Assembly (NCBI GenBank): GCA_009838965.1 | Contig: VXQP01000078.1 | Location: 93,957 to 157,956 of the forward strand | DNA length: 64,000 bases | Reading direction: 5' to 3' | Source: Chloroflexota bacterium | GTDB taxonomy: Bacteria > Chloroflexota > Dehalococcoidia > Lucifugimonadales > Australimonadaceae | The notes under the pieces: model-generated | The model's database searches: none | What the model saw: the letters and a program-made list of their open reading frames with translations, nothing else | What the model was told of the DNA's origin: nothing | Made by a program: the position numbers and the translations under genes | Part shown: positions 37,665-45,984 of the stretch, one piece after another | Numbering within the stretch: the stretch's first letter is position 1 | How the letters are laid out: every line of letters begins with the position of its first letter

Positions 37665-38828
37665 GTGCGCATCGTCAGCATCCGCGAGACGACCGCCAGC
37701 ATGCGCTCCGATATCCGGAACGCGGTCATCGACTTCTCGCAGATGACTGCCTCCGTTGTCGCCATAGTCACGGACGTGGTGCGCGCCGGGAAACCGGTCA
37801 TCGGCTACGGGTTCAGCTCCAATGGACGCTACGCCGCGGGCGGTATCCTCCGCGAGCGGTTCATCCCCCGCATCCTCGACGCCGACCCCGCATCGCTCCT
37901 CGATGAGCATGATTTGCTCGACCCGCACCATGTGTGGGGCGTGATGATGACGGGTGAGAAACCCGGCGGTCACGGCGAGCGCTCGGTTGCCGCAGGCGTG
38001 ATCGATATGGCGCTCTGGGATGCCGTGGCCAAGGCGGAAGGGCAACCCCTGTACCGGCTCCTCGCACAGCGCTACGGCAACGGCGCTCCACCGGACGACG
38101 CGTGGGTCTACGCTGCGGGTGGCTACTACCAGCCCGGCAAGGGCGTTGAAGCGCTGCAGGACGAGATGCGCGCCTATCTCGACATCGGCTACGACACCGT
38201 GAAGATGAAGATCGGCGGCGCGCCGCTCTACGAGGACCTGCGGCGCATCGAGGCTGCCATTGCGGTCACCGGCAGCGGCGTGAGCCTCGCCGTCGATGCC
38301 AACGGACGCTTCGATCTCGACGAGGCCCTGGCCTACGGTGAGGCGATGGCCCCCTACGGCCTGTGTTGGTACGAGGAGGCGGGCGATCCGCTCGACTACG
38401 CACTGCAGGCCGAGCTGGCGGGGCACTACGCACCGCCGCTCGCGACGGGCGAGAACCTCTTCTCGGTGCACGACGCCCGCAACCTCGTCCGCTACGGCGG
38501 GATGCGCCCGGACCGCGACGTGCTCCAGTTCGACCCTGCGCTCAGCTACGGGCTCGTGGAGTACCTGCGCACCATCGAGATGCTGGAGTCCTCTGGTTGG
38601 TCGCGCAGACAGTGCGTGCCGCATGGCGGCCACCTCTTCGCGCTGCACATCGCAGCCGGAATTGGGCTCGGCGGCAACGAATCGTATCCCGGCGTCTTCC
38701 AGCCGTTCGGGGGGTTCCCTGACGGTGTGCAACCGGAAGGAGGGCGGGTACGGCTGCCGGATATCCCGGGCATCGGCTACGAACTGAAATCGGGTCTCTA
38801 CGCGCTCCTCAGAGGTCTCACGGAGTAG
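37665..38828 (+). CDS. Enolase-superfamily enzyme (mandelate racemase/muconate-lactonizing family, acid-sugar or tartrate dehydratase-like)
   Basis: GHGERSVAAGVIDMALWDAVAKAEGQPLYRLL, KMKIGG, AVDANG, WYEEAGDP. GTG start 3 nt after lipA. Confidence 0.78.
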   Translation: MRIVSIRETTASMRSDIRNAVIDFSQMTASVVAIVTDVVRAGKPVIGYGFSSNGRYAAGGILRERFIPRILDADPASLLDEHDLLDPHHVWGVMMTGEKPGGHGERSVAAGVIDMALWDAVAKAEGQPLYRLLAQRYGNGAPPDDAWVYAAGGYYQPGKGVEALQDEMRAYLDIGYDTVKMKIGGAPLYEDLRRIEAAIAVTGSGVSLAVDANGRFDLDEALAYGEAMAPYGLCWYEEAGDPLDYALQAELAGHYAPPLATGENLFSVHDARNLVRYGGMRPDRDVLQFDPALSYGLVEYLRTIEMLESSGWSRRQCVPHGGHLFALHIAAGIGLGGNESYPGVFQPFGGFPDGVQPEGGRVRLPDIPGIGYELKSGLYALLRGLTE

Positions 38829-38836
38829 GAGAAACC

Positions 38837-39808
38837 ATGCGCATCGCTGTGCTCGACGACTATCAGGGTATCGCCCACGGACTCGCAGACTGGGACTCCA
38901 TCACGGGCGCGGAAGTGACGTTCTTCCACGAAGCCATCGCTCCGGAGGAGATGCCAGAACGCCTCGCCCCGTTCGACGTGGTCCAGATGATGCGGGAGCG
39001 CACGCCTATCCCCGCGTCCGTGCTGCGTCAGCTCCCGAATCTGAAACTGCTCTCCGGCACCGGACGCCGCCAGCCCCACGTAGACGGAGAGGAGGCGGGC
39101 CGACTCGGCATACCGGTCACCGGAACGGATGGCGCAGGCGATTCGACGCCGGAGCTCGTCTGGGGGCTCATCATCGGCGTCACGCGTCACATCGGCTGGG
39201 AGGACCAGCGCATGCGAGAGGGGAAATGGCAGACGCGGCTGGGCGTGGGCCTCGCAGGCAGGACGCTCGGTGTGCTGGGGATGGGACGTATCGGCACGAA
39301 GATTGCGGTCAGTGCGCAGCAGACCTTCGGCATGAATGTCATCGCCTGGGGCCCGACGCTAACTGCCGAGCGCGCTGCTGCAAGCGGCGCAACCTACGTC
39401 TCCTGGGACGAGCTCTTCTCGCAGGCAGACATCCTCACCATTCACGTGCCGCTGACCGACCTGAGCCGGGGATGGATCACGGAGCGCGAGTTCGGACTGA
39501 TGCAGCCCTCCGCCTTCCTCATCAACACGTCACGCGGCCCCATCGTGCGGGAGGAAGCGTTGCTGGCAGCGCTCCGTGAGCGCCGCATCGCGGGCGCGGC
39601 CCTGGACGTGTACGACGTTGAACCGCTGCCTGCCGACCACCCGTTGCTCGGGCTCGACAACGTGCTGATGACGCCGCATCTGGGCTACGCGACGCTGGAC
39701 AGCCTCGCGGCCTTCTACCGGAACTCCGTGGACAACATCAAGGCGTGGGCAGCAGGTGAACCCATGAACGTGCTGAACGCTGATGCCCTTACAGAGCTTC
39801 GCCGCTAG
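38837..39808 (+). CDS. D-isomer-specific 2-hydroxyacid dehydrogenase family, NAD-binding
   Basis: GVLGMGRIG, LINTSRGPIV and TPHLGY motifs. Confidence 0.85.
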   Translation: MRIAVLDDYQGIAHGLADWDSITGAEVTFFHEAIAPEEMPERLAPFDVVQMMRERTPIPASVLRQLPNLKLLSGTGRRQPHVDGEEAGRLGIPVTGTDGAGDSTPELVWGLIIGVTRHIGWEDQRMREGKWQTRLGVGLAGRTLGVLGMGRIGTKIAVSAQQTFGMNVIAWGPTLTAERAAASGATYVSWDELFSQADILTIHVPLTDLSRGWITEREFGLMQPSAFLINTSRGPIVREEALLAALRERRIAGAALDVYDVEPLPADHPLLGLDNVLMTPHLGYATLDSLAAFYRNSVDNIKAWAAGEPMNVLNADALTELRR

Positions 39809-40803
39809 TTGCGGCGCTGCGCGAGGTAGTCGACCAGTGCGTCGAGCGACCGGCGCGCACGTGCGTCGGGCAGCGTAGCGACCGCGGCACGAGCGGCATT
39901 CCGGTAGCCCTCCAGTTGAGCCATCGTCTCGTCTATCGCCGACGAGTTGCGGACTAACTCCACCATCGCCGTGAGGTCGTTCTCGTCCCGGCTGCCGTCG
40001 CGGAGGCGGCGCACTACGGCCTCGTTCGGATGGGCCGCGGCGAAGAGCAGCGCGGGCAGCGTGAGCGTCCCCTGCAGCAGGTCGTTCCCCACGGGCTTGC
40101 CCAACTCCTCCTCGCTGCTGGTGAAGTCGAGTACGTCGTCCACTATCTGGAACGCCATGCCGACGTTGTAACCGAACGAGCGCAGCGCCTGTGTCTCCTC
40201 CTCCGGCGCTCCGCTCAGCACGCCGCCGGACTCCGCCGCGGTGCAGATGAGGGACGCCGTCTTGTCGTAGATGCGCCGCTCGTAGTCCGCGGACGTCTGC
40301 GACCAGTCGTGCTTGCTGATGCGTTCCGTGAGCTCGCCACGCGCAAGCTCCATGATCGTCTCGGCGAAGCGGCGCACGACGCGGATGTTGCCCGTATCAC
40401 AGACGAACGTCGCCGATGCCGCGAATACGTAGTCGCCCAGGAGCACGGCCATGTCGTCGCCCCAGAGCCTGCTCACCGTGGCACGCCCCCGTCGCTTCTC
40501 CGAGTGGTCCACCGTGTCGTCGTGGATGAGTGAAGCGATGTGCAGCAGCTCAACGGCGGTGGCCATCTTCACGATGCGTTCCTCTTCGCCGGCGCGCAGC
40601 GCGCCGGCAAGGAGCGTTATCGTCGGGCGCACCAGCTTCCCGCCGCCTTCGACCACGTGAGAGACCATGTCGCGCGGCACGCCGGAGTTCTCGGCCAGAT
40701 CACCCAGATTCCCTGTCACCAGGTCGAGACCGTTCAGCACGGGTTCGTAGATGAACCGCGCCGAGCCATCCAGCCGGTCGCGTACCGTGATCGTTTCCGT
40801 CAT
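39805..40803 (-). CDS. Polyprenyl diphosphate synthase (long-chain trans-prenyltransferase)
   Basis: First and second Asp-rich motifs LIHDDTVDH and QIVDDVLDF. Confidence 0.88.
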   Translation of the reverse strand: MTETITVRDRLDGSARFIYEPVLNGLDLVTGNLGDLAENSGVPRDMVSHVVEGGGKLVRPTITLLAGALRAGEEERIVKMATAVELLHIASLIHDDTVDHSEKRRGRATVSRLWGDDMAVLLGDYVFAASATFVCDTGNIRVVRRFAETIMELARGELTERISKHDWSQTSADYERRIYDKTASLICTAAESGGVLSGAPEEETQALRSFGYNVGMAFQIVDDVLDFTSSEEELGKPVGNDLLQGTLTLPALLFAAAHPNEAVVRRLRDGSRDENDLTAMVELVRNSSAIDETMAQLEGYRNAARAAVATLPDARARRSLDALVDYLAQRRN

Positions 40804-40815
40804 GTACTCCGTCCG

Positions 40816-42483
40816 CTACCCGAGTTTGACCAGCATCTCGTCGGCCACGGAATCGTCCAGTTTCGTGAAGAGCGGCCTGGGCTCCGGAAGCGGGACGCCC
40901 GGCTCGCTGGTTTCGAAGCGCCAGCCCACGCCCGCCACCTCCCCATCCCGGCCCAACAGTTCGTGGAGACGCTGGGTGCTGAACGGCAGGAACGGGTTCA
41001 ACGTCACCCGCAGCGCCATCAGCGCCTGCATCGCCGTGTAGAGCGTCCGTCCGGCGGCGGCCCTGTCCGTCTTCACCTGCTGCCATGGCGCTTGCGCGTC
41101 GAGATAGCGGTTCACCTCACGCGCCAGGCCCATCGAGGTGTTCAGCGCCTCCCGGAGACGCACCGCTTCGAGCGACTCTGCGACCGCTCCCATAGTGGCT
41201 TCCGCCTTGCCTATCAGCTCCCGGTCGGCTTCGCCGAGGTTGCCGGGGTCAGGCACGCACCTGTCGAAGTTACGGTAGACCTGCGTCAGTACGCGGTGCA
41301 CGAGGTTCCCGAACGTGGCGACCAACTCGTCGTTGTTGCGGCGAACGTACTCGCTCCACGTGAAGTCGGCGTCGCCGGTCTCGGGCAGATTGGCCGCAAG
41401 GTGGTAGCGCAGGGGGTCGGGCGGGAATCGGTCGAGGTAGTCCGGCACCCACACCGCCCAATTGCGACTCGTGGAGAGCTGCCTGCCTTCGAGGTTGAGG
41501 AACTCGTTGGCCGGCACGTCGTAGGGGAGGATGTACGCCGCCTGCCCCAGCAGCATCGCCGGCCAGATGATGGTGTGGAATGGGATGTTGTCCTTGCCGA
41601 CGAAGTAATAGGAGCGCGTGGACGGGTCTTCCCAGAAGGGACGCCAGGCGTCCGGTTCGCCCTTGCGGGCCGCCCACTCCACGCTGGCAGAGAGGTAACC
41701 GATGACCGCCTCGAACCAGACGTAGATGCGGCGGTCCTCGTAGCCCTCCGCCGGAACCGGCAGTCCCCAGTCGAGGTTGCGTGTGATAGCGCGGTCCTTC
41801 AGCCCTTCACGCAGGAACCCGAGCGTGAAGTTCCGCACGTTGGGACGCCAGTGCCGCTGCTCCTCCACCCACGCAGCCAGCTGGTCGCGGAAAGCGCTCA
41901 ACCGCAGGAACTGGTGATCGGTATCACGGATCTCAACAGGGTAGCGCTCCCCGTCCACGTTATACGCGGGGTTGCCGAGGTCCACGGGATCGAGGATGGC
42001 GCCACAGTTATCGCACTGGTCACCGCGGGCGTCCTCGAACCCGCAGTGCGGACAGACTCCCCGTACGTAGCGGTCCGGCAGGAAGCGGTCGAAGTCAGGC
42101 GAGTACGCTACTTTCATGCTCGCTTCATAGATGTAGTCCTGTGTCTGCAAGGCACGCCAGAGGCCGTGCGTAACCTCCCTGTGGTTGTCCGTCATCGTCG
42201 TCGTGAAGAGGTCGAAGGAGATGCCCAGCCGCTCCCACGATTCGAGGAACGAGGCGTGGAACCGCTCGACCACCTCCCGCGGAGGGACGCCCTCCATGTC
42301 CGCGCGCATCGTGATCGGCGCGCCATGGGAGTCGCTGCCCGACACCATGAGCACTTCGTTGCCACGCATACGGTGATAGCGGGCGAAGATGTCCGCCGGT
42401 AGGTACGCCCCTGCGATGTGCCCGAGATGCAGCGGGCCGTTGGCGTAGGGCCAGGCGACCCCTATGAGGATACGTTCAGGCAT
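40816..42483 (-). CDS. metG: Methionine--tRNA ligase
   Basis: HLGH motif, Zn knuckle CPHCG...CDNCG, anticodon-binding domain. QLSTS occupies the KMSKS position. Confidence 0.95.
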   Translation of the reverse strand: MPERILIGVAWPYANGPLHLGHIAGAYLPADIFARYHRMRGNEVLMVSGSDSHGAPITMRADMEGVPPREVVERFHASFLESWERLGISFDLFTTTMTDNHREVTHGLWRALQTQDYIYEASMKVAYSPDFDRFLPDRYVRGVCPHCGFEDARGDQCDNCGAILDPVDLGNPAYNVDGERYPVEIRDTDHQFLRLSAFRDQLAAWVEEQRHWRPNVRNFTLGFLREGLKDRAITRNLDWGLPVPAEGYEDRRIYVWFEAVIGYLSASVEWAARKGEPDAWRPFWEDPSTRSYYFVGKDNIPFHTIIWPAMLLGQAAYILPYDVPANEFLNLEGRQLSTSRNWAVWVPDYLDRFPPDPLRYHLAANLPETGDADFTWSEYVRRNNDELVATFGNLVHRVLTQVYRNFDRCVPDPGNLGEADRELIGKAEATMGAVAESLEAVRLREALNTSMGLAREVNRYLDAQAPWQQVKTDRAAAGRTLYTAMQALMALRVTLNPFLPFSTQRLHELLGRDGEVAGVGWRFETSEPGVPLPEPRPLFTKLDDSVADEMLVKLG

Positions 42484-42498
42484 GGATTACTCTCGCGT

Positions 42499-42504
42499 AT
42501 TCTA
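42499..42504 (-). promoter_or_regulatory. -10-like TAGAAT 15 nt upstream of the metG ATG
   Basis: Minus strand reads ...CTGCTAGAATACGCGAGAGTAATCCATG. No convincing -35. Confidence 0.3.
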
Positions 42505-42550
42505 GCAGTCTCAAGACGGCAACGCGGGCGGCTCCATGCCGGGACACTCT

Positions 42551-43372
42551 CTAGGCTTCCTCCCATGCCGCATACGCCACACGGCGCGGCACGCCCAGCC
42601 CACGCGACACTTGTACCGCGGCGTCCCGACGGCTGAGCCCCGACGCGCGCGCAGCCGCCATCGCCTCCGCGATACGCTCCACCGAGAGTGGTTCGCCGGG
42701 AGCGGCGTCCCGCGCTCCCTCGATGACCACCGTGAACTCGCCGCGCGGGGCATCGAAATAGGCGATGGCCTCCCGGACCGTCCCACGAAAGACCTCTTCG
42801 TGCACCTTCGTCATCTCCCGGCACACCGCCATGGGCCGGTCGCCGAGCGTGTCAGCGATGTCGTCGAGCGCGGCGCGCAGCCGGTGCGGCGCCTCGAACA
42901 GGACGAGCGTTGCACGCAGCGAGGACGCCTCAGTGAGCGCGGCGCGGCGCGCCCTCGTCGTTCGCGGCAGGAATCCGAGGAAGTGGAACGAATCCGCGGA
43001 GAACCCCGCGACCGCAAGCGCGGCGGTCACCGCGGACGGCCCCGGCACGCTCACCACGTCGAATCCGGCCCGCGCAGCCTCGGCAACGAGTCCAGCGCCC
43101 GGGTCGCTCACGCCGGGCGCACCCGCGTCCGTCACGAGCGCCACGTCGCCTTCACGCAGCGCGTCGAGCACCGCAGGTGTCCGCTGCCGCGCATTGTGCC
43201 GGTTGTAACTGACGGTGCGTGTGGACAACCCCAGATGGCTGAGGAGCTTCCGCGTCTGCCGCGTGTCCTCGGCGGCGATCAGGGCCACCTCCCCCAGCAC
43301 GCGCGCTGCGCGAGGCGTGAGGTCTTCGAGGTTCCCGATGGGGGTCGCAACGACGTAGAGAGTTCCGGTCAT
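42551..43372 (-). CDS. rsmI: 16S rRNA (cytidine1402-2'-O)-methyltransferase RsmI
   Basis: GTLYVVATPIGNLEDLT.RA..L......AEDTR....LL, TDAG.P.VSDPG. Confidence 0.9.
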   Translation of the reverse strand: MTGTLYVVATPIGNLEDLTPRAARVLGEVALIAAEDTRQTRKLLSHLGLSTRTVSYNRHNARQRTPAVLDALREGDVALVTDAGAPGVSDPGAGLVAEAARAGFDVVSVPGPSAVTAALAVAGFSADSFHFLGFLPRTTRARRAALTEASSLRATLVLFEAPHRLRAALDDIADTLGDRPMAVCREMTKVHEEVFRGTVREAIAYFDAPRGEFTVVIEGARDAAPGEPLSVERIAEAMAAARASGLSRRDAAVQVSRGLGVPRRVAYAAWEEA

Positions 43373-43441
43373 GGCTGCCCTGAGCACGGCTATAATGCGG
43401 CGCGAGGCATTATAGCGAGACGCCTCCTGAGGAGAGGGACT

Positions 43442-44599
43442 ATGGACGCGCTGTACACGGAAGAGGAACGGCTGCTGCGGAATACGATGCGCGAGTTCGC
43501 CGACGCCGAACTCGCCCCGAACGCTGCTCGTTGGGACGAGAACGAGGAGTTCCCCTGGGAGAGCGTCGAGGCCATGAAGCGCATGGGCCTCATGGGCATG
43601 ACCGCGAAGGTCGCTCACGGCGGCGAGGGGGCGTCCTATGCGGAACTTTCCATCGCGGCCGAGGAGGTAGCACGCGCCTGCATGACCTCCAGCACCACGC
43701 TCCTCGCCCACCTTTCGTTGGGCGTCTCAACGATCGACCGGTTCTGCAACGGCGAACAGGCCGAACGCTTCCTCCCCCCCGCATGCGCGGGCGACAAGAT
43801 CGTGGCGTGGGCGCTTTCCGAGCCGAGCTCCGGCAGCGACGCCGCCGACATGCAGACCACCGCCGTCCACAACGGCAACGGCGCGTACGTGCTGAACGGC
43901 TCCAAGATATTCATCACCAACGCAGAGCAGTCCGGCCTCATGGTCGTCTTCACCGCCACCGACCGCTCGAAGGGCTACCGGGGAACGACCGCGTTCGTCG
44001 TCGAGAGCGACAGCCCCGGCATCGAGATGCGCGGCATGCACGGCAAGCTCGGCATCCGCGGTTCAGGCACCGCCGAGGTCTACTTCAACGACGTGCACGT
44101 CCCTGTGGACAACCGCCTCGGCGAGGAAGGTGAAGGCTTCCGCATCGCCATGACCATCCTCGACTCCAGCCGCATCTCGCTCGCCACGCAGTCGGTCGGT
44201 CTCGCGCAGGGCGCGTTCGAGGCCGCCATCCGCTACACGCAGCAGCGCGAGACGTTCGGGGAGTTGCTCAAGGAGCGTCAGGCCATCCAGTTCATGCTCG
44301 CGGACATGGCTACACAGATAGACGCCGCGCGGCTGTTCACCAGGCGCGCCGCCCAGCTGAAGGATGCCGGGCTGCCGCACAACCGCGAGTCAGCCATGGC
44401 GAAGCTGTACGCCTCCGAGGCCGCGCACTTCTGCGTCGACAGGGCAGTCCAGATATTCGGCGGCTACGGCTTCTTCAAGGAGAACCCGGTTGAGCGCATG
44501 TACCGTGACCAGCGCATCACCGAGATCTATGAGGGGACTTCCGAGGTGCAGCGCATCGTCATCGCCCGCAGCCTCCTCAAGGAGTACGCGATCGAGTAA
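43442..44599 (+). CDS. Acyl-CoA dehydrogenase
   Basis: 385 aa. WALSEP.SGSDA, GYG...NPVERMYRD.RITEIYEGTSEVQR.VIAR. Confidence 0.9.
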   Translation: MDALYTEEERLLRNTMREFADAELAPNAARWDENEEFPWESVEAMKRMGLMGMTAKVAHGGEGASYAELSIAAEEVARACMTSSTTLLAHLSLGVSTIDRFCNGEQAERFLPPACAGDKIVAWALSEPSSGSDAADMQTTAVHNGNGAYVLNGSKIFITNAEQSGLMVVFTATDRSKGYRGTTAFVVESDSPGIEMRGMHGKLGIRGSGTAEVYFNDVHVPVDNRLGEEGEGFRIAMTILDSSRISLATQSVGLAQGAFEAAIRYTQQRETFGELLKERQAIQFMLADMATQIDAARLFTRRAAQLKDAGLPHNRESAMAKLYASEAAHFCVDRAVQIFGGYGFFKENPVERMYRDQRITEIYEGTSEVQRIVIARSLLKEYAIE

Positions 44600-44623
44600 C
44601 GCTCTGCCGCGTTACGTGCGGCA

Positions 44624-45784
44624 TTAACCCCAGAGCACCTCGCTCGCGAGCCTCGCTCCTTCAGACATGGCCCGGAACTTTGCCCAACACACGTCAGGCG
44701 TGCCCACGCGGGTTCCCAAGCCACAGTCCGTGCCCGCCATCAGGTTCTCTTTCCCAACGATGGACGCGAACCGCAGGAGACGCTCGGCGACAAGCTTCGG
44801 ATGTTCCACAAAATCGCTGAAGTGGCCAACGACGCCGGGGATGAAAATCGCGCCGTCCGGCAGGGTAACGTCCTTCCAGACCTCCCATTCGTGCTGGTGA
44901 CGCGGGTTCGACGCCTCGATGGAGTACGCCTGCGCCTTGACGCTGAGGAAGATGTCCACCATGTGCTCCAGCCCTATGTCGGACACGTGCGGCCCGTGAT
45001 AACTGCCCCAGCAGGCGTGCAGGCGTATCTGCTCACGCGGGATGTCGCGCAGCGCGTAGTTCAACACTTCAACGCGCTCCTCGGCGAACCTGCGGTACGC
45101 GGGGATATCCATCTCGGTCTGTATCTGCCAGGCATCGAAGAGGTCGGGGTCGTCTATCTGCAGGATTATCCCTGCATCCGCGATGGCCTTGTACTCCTCG
45201 TGCATGGCGTCGGCGATGGCATAGAGGAACTCTTCTTCCGAGGTGTAGTACTCGTTCCACAGCCAGTGGTCGATGCTGCCCGGCGCGACAGCCGGCAGGA
45301 ACGGTTCCGCATCGCCGATATCGCCCAGGGCAGCCTTGAAGCGCGCGATATCGCTCTGCACGAGTTCCGCACCCACGTACGTGATAGGACCAACGCAGAA
45401 GAGCTGTTTGTCCCGCGGACGCCTCACGACGAACCCGCGCGGAGAGTCGAAGTACCCGGGGAAAGCGAGCCTGTCCCGAGCGGATATCTGCTCGGGCTCC
45501 GGCCCCTCTCCGGGCCCGAACGTGCGTAACTCGATGCCGCCGAGCCGTTCGTTGGCATAGTTCGTGAAATTCGTCTTGCTCAGTTCACCGTCGTTGATAC
45601 TGTCCATGCCGCAGTCGATCTGCTGGCGAACGATGTCGGCAACCGCCTCAGTCAGCCGCCCGTCGAGTTGCTCTTCGTCTATGGGGTCTCCTGCAGCCTT
45701 GGCCGCAACCATCTCCCGAACGTCATCCGGCCTCGGCAGGCTCCCTGCGTGCATGGTGCGTATGCGGTCATTACTACGTTTCAT
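44624..45784 (-). CDS. MetE-like (cobalamin-independent methionine synthase C-terminal domain family) Zn-dependent methyltransferase
   Basis: 386 aa. Putative Zn ligands in LHACWG (HxC), IEASN (Glu) and GTDCGLG (Cys). GGAGGGGCC SD before ATG 45782-45784. Confidence 0.78.
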   Translation of the reverse strand: MKRSNDRIRTMHAGSLPRPDDVREMVAAKAAGDPIDEEQLDGRLTEAVADIVRQQIDCGMDSINDGELSKTNFTNYANERLGGIELRTFGPGEGPEPEQISARDRLAFPGYFDSPRGFVVRRPRDKQLFCVGPITYVGAELVQSDIARFKAALGDIGDAEPFLPAVAPGSIDHWLWNEYYTSEEEFLYAIADAMHEEYKAIADAGIILQIDDPDLFDAWQIQTEMDIPAYRRFAEERVEVLNYALRDIPREQIRLHACWGSYHGPHVSDIGLEHMVDIFLSVKAQAYSIEASNPRHQHEWEVWKDVTLPDGAIFIPGVVGHFSDFVEHPKLVAERLLRFASIVGKENLMAGTDCGLGTRVGTPDVCWAKFRAMSEGARLASEVLWG

Positions 45785-45880
45785 GGCCCCTCCTTGCGGC
45801 CTCCGATTCTCCGCAGGAGATATGCCGGACGCAAGCAGGCCGAGCCGGGGTGCATACCCGTGAGCACTCGATGCATAGAT

Positions 45881-45910
45881 GAAGCCCCGCACGGGTCGGT
45901 GCGGGGCTTC
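45881..45910 (-). terminator. 12-bp-stem hairpin between tctA and the MetE-like gene
   Basis: GAAGCCCCGCAC-loop-GTGCGGGGCTTC. No T tract, so it could be a terminator or a processing or stability element. Confidence 0.45.
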
Positions 45911-45984
45911 CGATGGCGGGGGAGGACTCCGCCATGGGATACGCAACTGCAGGTCAACGAGCGGAAGCGTCCCGCTCCCCTTCG

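Noticed and set aside
39805-39808. Convergent dehydrogenase and polyprenyl synthase genes share a CTAG tetranucleotide, so the stop codons overlap on opposite strands.
   Set aside because: It is real in the sequence but a trivial consequence of tight packing. It has no implied function and leaves no room for a terminator between the genes.
42536-43441. 302-codon N-terminal extension of the acyl-CoA dehydrogenase ORF, and similarly the 45785..46462 extension of the MetE-like ORF.
   Set aside because: The extensions overlap rsmI and tctA respectively and are Arg/Pro-rich. In both cases a good SD plus ATG occurs exactly where family homology begins (43442 and 45784).
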